A stretch of DNA of 64,000 nt, from the NCBI RefSeq assembly GCF_021028975.2, contig NC_059432.1:87048001-87112000 (forward strand), written 5' to 3'. The notes under the pieces were generated by a model, which ran no database searches, had not been told where the DNA came from, and saw only the letters and a list, made by a program, of their open reading frames with translations. Positions 62,731-64,000 of the stretch are shown one piece after another. Position 1 is the stretch's first letter; the number at the start of each line of letters is the position of its first letter. The stretch comes from Sphaerodactylus townsendi. Its lineage: Eukaryota. The translations under genes and the position numbers were made by a program.

Positions 62731-63469
62731 CTCCTAGTCTGGGATGGATAAACCCATCACACAGATCATTAGGTCCTAATTGTGCCTTCGAGGAACTCAT
62801 TCTCGAACTTCCCGCAGGGAAACTACCCCCCTTTTTCTCTCTTTTCTTTTCCCTCTATCTTTCAACCAGCAGAGGCGGGAGGGCCAGACCGGCTGGACTG
62901 GCCCTCCCTGGATTAAAATCTGGAGCCCGTCCTGGTACCCACAGCACTGCCCAGTGGACAGGCCCCAGTTTAAAAAGGAGAGCTGCCGCCACTCATGCCC
63001 CTGACAAACCTGTTTGGCAGCTGGCTACCATCGCCAGAGGCGGCTTAGCCGAAACCGCCTCTTTAAGGAGTGGTTTCGGCGGCCAAGCGCAGAAACCTCT
63101 AGTCAAAGGGATGCTGCCAAGCACCAAATTCACACACAAACCTGTGTGGGTTGTGGTTGCCAAGCGCCTGGCAACTTTATCAATACCACGTCCAAGGCCA
63201 GGCGCTATGGCCGAAGCCGCTTTCCTTTAAGGAGCCCGGTTTCGGGCGGGCGGCAATTCCCCAAGACTAATTCGCATTACAAATTCAGCACCATTCCAGC
63301 CTCTCGAAGCGTTAACCACCAAGGTCACGGTAAGTACATTTTCCTCGCCAAAGAAAAAACCCCTCTCCCTTTGTGTGTGGAAATTCTGTACCCCTAATCG
63401 CCTGGGATTACTTTGTCTCCCGGATGCATCCATCACCCAAAAGCGCATCCAAGCCCTCTTTTGTGTTGG

Positions 63470-63860
63470 GTAAAATAAGCATGCATACCCACAATTCCCC
63501 CCCAGGGTCCGGCTTGCCTCTCCTTCCTGCGAGGATTGGACCCTTCGGCTTTGACGCACCCTGATGACTGGCCCTGGAAGCCAGCTTCCATCAGGATCGC
63601 CACCCTCCTTGCCCTCCTTCCTGTCAGAACAATTCTAAAGAAAGAGGAGTGGACGGCCCCCAGTGCAAACCGTGTATTAAAAGCAACTCCTTACATGCAG
63701 GCTTGCAAAAATAAGCCTGTCGTCCTATATCAAACACTAAACCCAACAAACCTGATTTAACAAACTTAATTTTGACCTCCCGCCATCGGCTCTCCAAGCC
63801 CGGCAGGACCCGGCCCCCTCCTATAACCTGGGGAAGGGGGTGTGTTTCAGTCCCTCTTCC
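63470..63860 (+). pseudogene. pol: ERV integrase C-terminal remnant
   Basis: IP.HNSPQG-like segment; KPVVLY; GP.PL.ITWGRGCVSV (betaretroviral WGRGYACV motif). Confidence 0.65.
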
Positions 63861-63861
63861 T

Positions 63862-64000
63862 ATTGACACCACCAAGGATTTGCTGTTTGCCCTCCTGGGG
63901 AATGGGATTCAAGCATAGTGATACAGAGGGAAAGGTAAACTCCCTGATCCCAAGCCAAACCAAGAGCATGTACTGCCTAAATGCATTCTGATCCCCTGAC
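63862..64000 (+). repeat. Second copy of the 59424-59560 host flank (runs off the window)
   Basis: Direct repeat, apparently exact. Confidence 0.95.

Larger units (their letters stand above)
59596..63860 (+). mobile_element. Betaretrovirus-like (class II) endogenous retrovirus, internally deleted or 3'-truncated
   Basis: LTR, PBS, MA/CA/NC, dUTPase, protease and integrase C-terminal motifs in order. Confidence 0.92.

Noticed and set aside
59426-64000. 59426-59560 and 63864-64000 as the 5' and 3' LTR starts (both begin TG)
   Set aside because: No polypurine tract before the second copy (the G-rich run is the WGRG codons), host-like composition, and a better TGTA...TACA LTR at 59596-60085; kept only as an alternative.

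Overview
Vertebrate genomic DNA from a squamate reptile, probably a gecko, judged from Sauria-type and Squam3-type SINEs, RTE and CR1 LINEs, and lizard-type hAT and Harbinger MITEs. Host genes, both on the minus strand: SIAH2 (coding exon 1 at 41356-40934 in a CpG island, a ~31 kb intron, coding exon 2 at 10020-9457, 3' UTR to a polyA signal at ~8365) and the last two coding exons of MINDY4B (59135-58955, 54425-54283). This matches the mammalian SIAH2-MINDY4B gene order as I recall it. Two large, CpG-rich and probably young retroelements stand out. (1) A structurally complete DIRS1-type tyrosine-recombinase retrotransposon (2299-7628, minus) with inverted terminal repeats (ITRs), right extension, internal complementary region (ICR), and gag, RT, RNase H, adenine methyltransferase and YR remnants, lying just past the SIAH2 polyA site. 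(2) A betaretrovirus-like ERV (59596-~63860, plus) antisense within a MINDY4B intron. It has a tRNA-Phe PBS, twin leader hairpins plus a 16-bp palindrome, gag, dUTPase and protease, but no recognisable RT/RNase H, only the integrase C-terminus, and it is followed by a duplicate of its own 5' host flank instead of env and a 3' LTR. Both elements, and patches of SIAH2 exon 2, carry dense small indels that look like unpolished long-read error, so their frameshifts should not be taken as real without raw reads. The rest is intronic and intergenic DNA with many SINEs, MITEs, a non-autonomous Helitron, Penelope remnants with decayed hammerhead motifs, and two N gaps. I found no clearly new host system; the best candidates for undescribed biology are the RT-less ERV with an unexplained insert and the DIRS family. 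All family assignments rest on motif recognition, not database searches.
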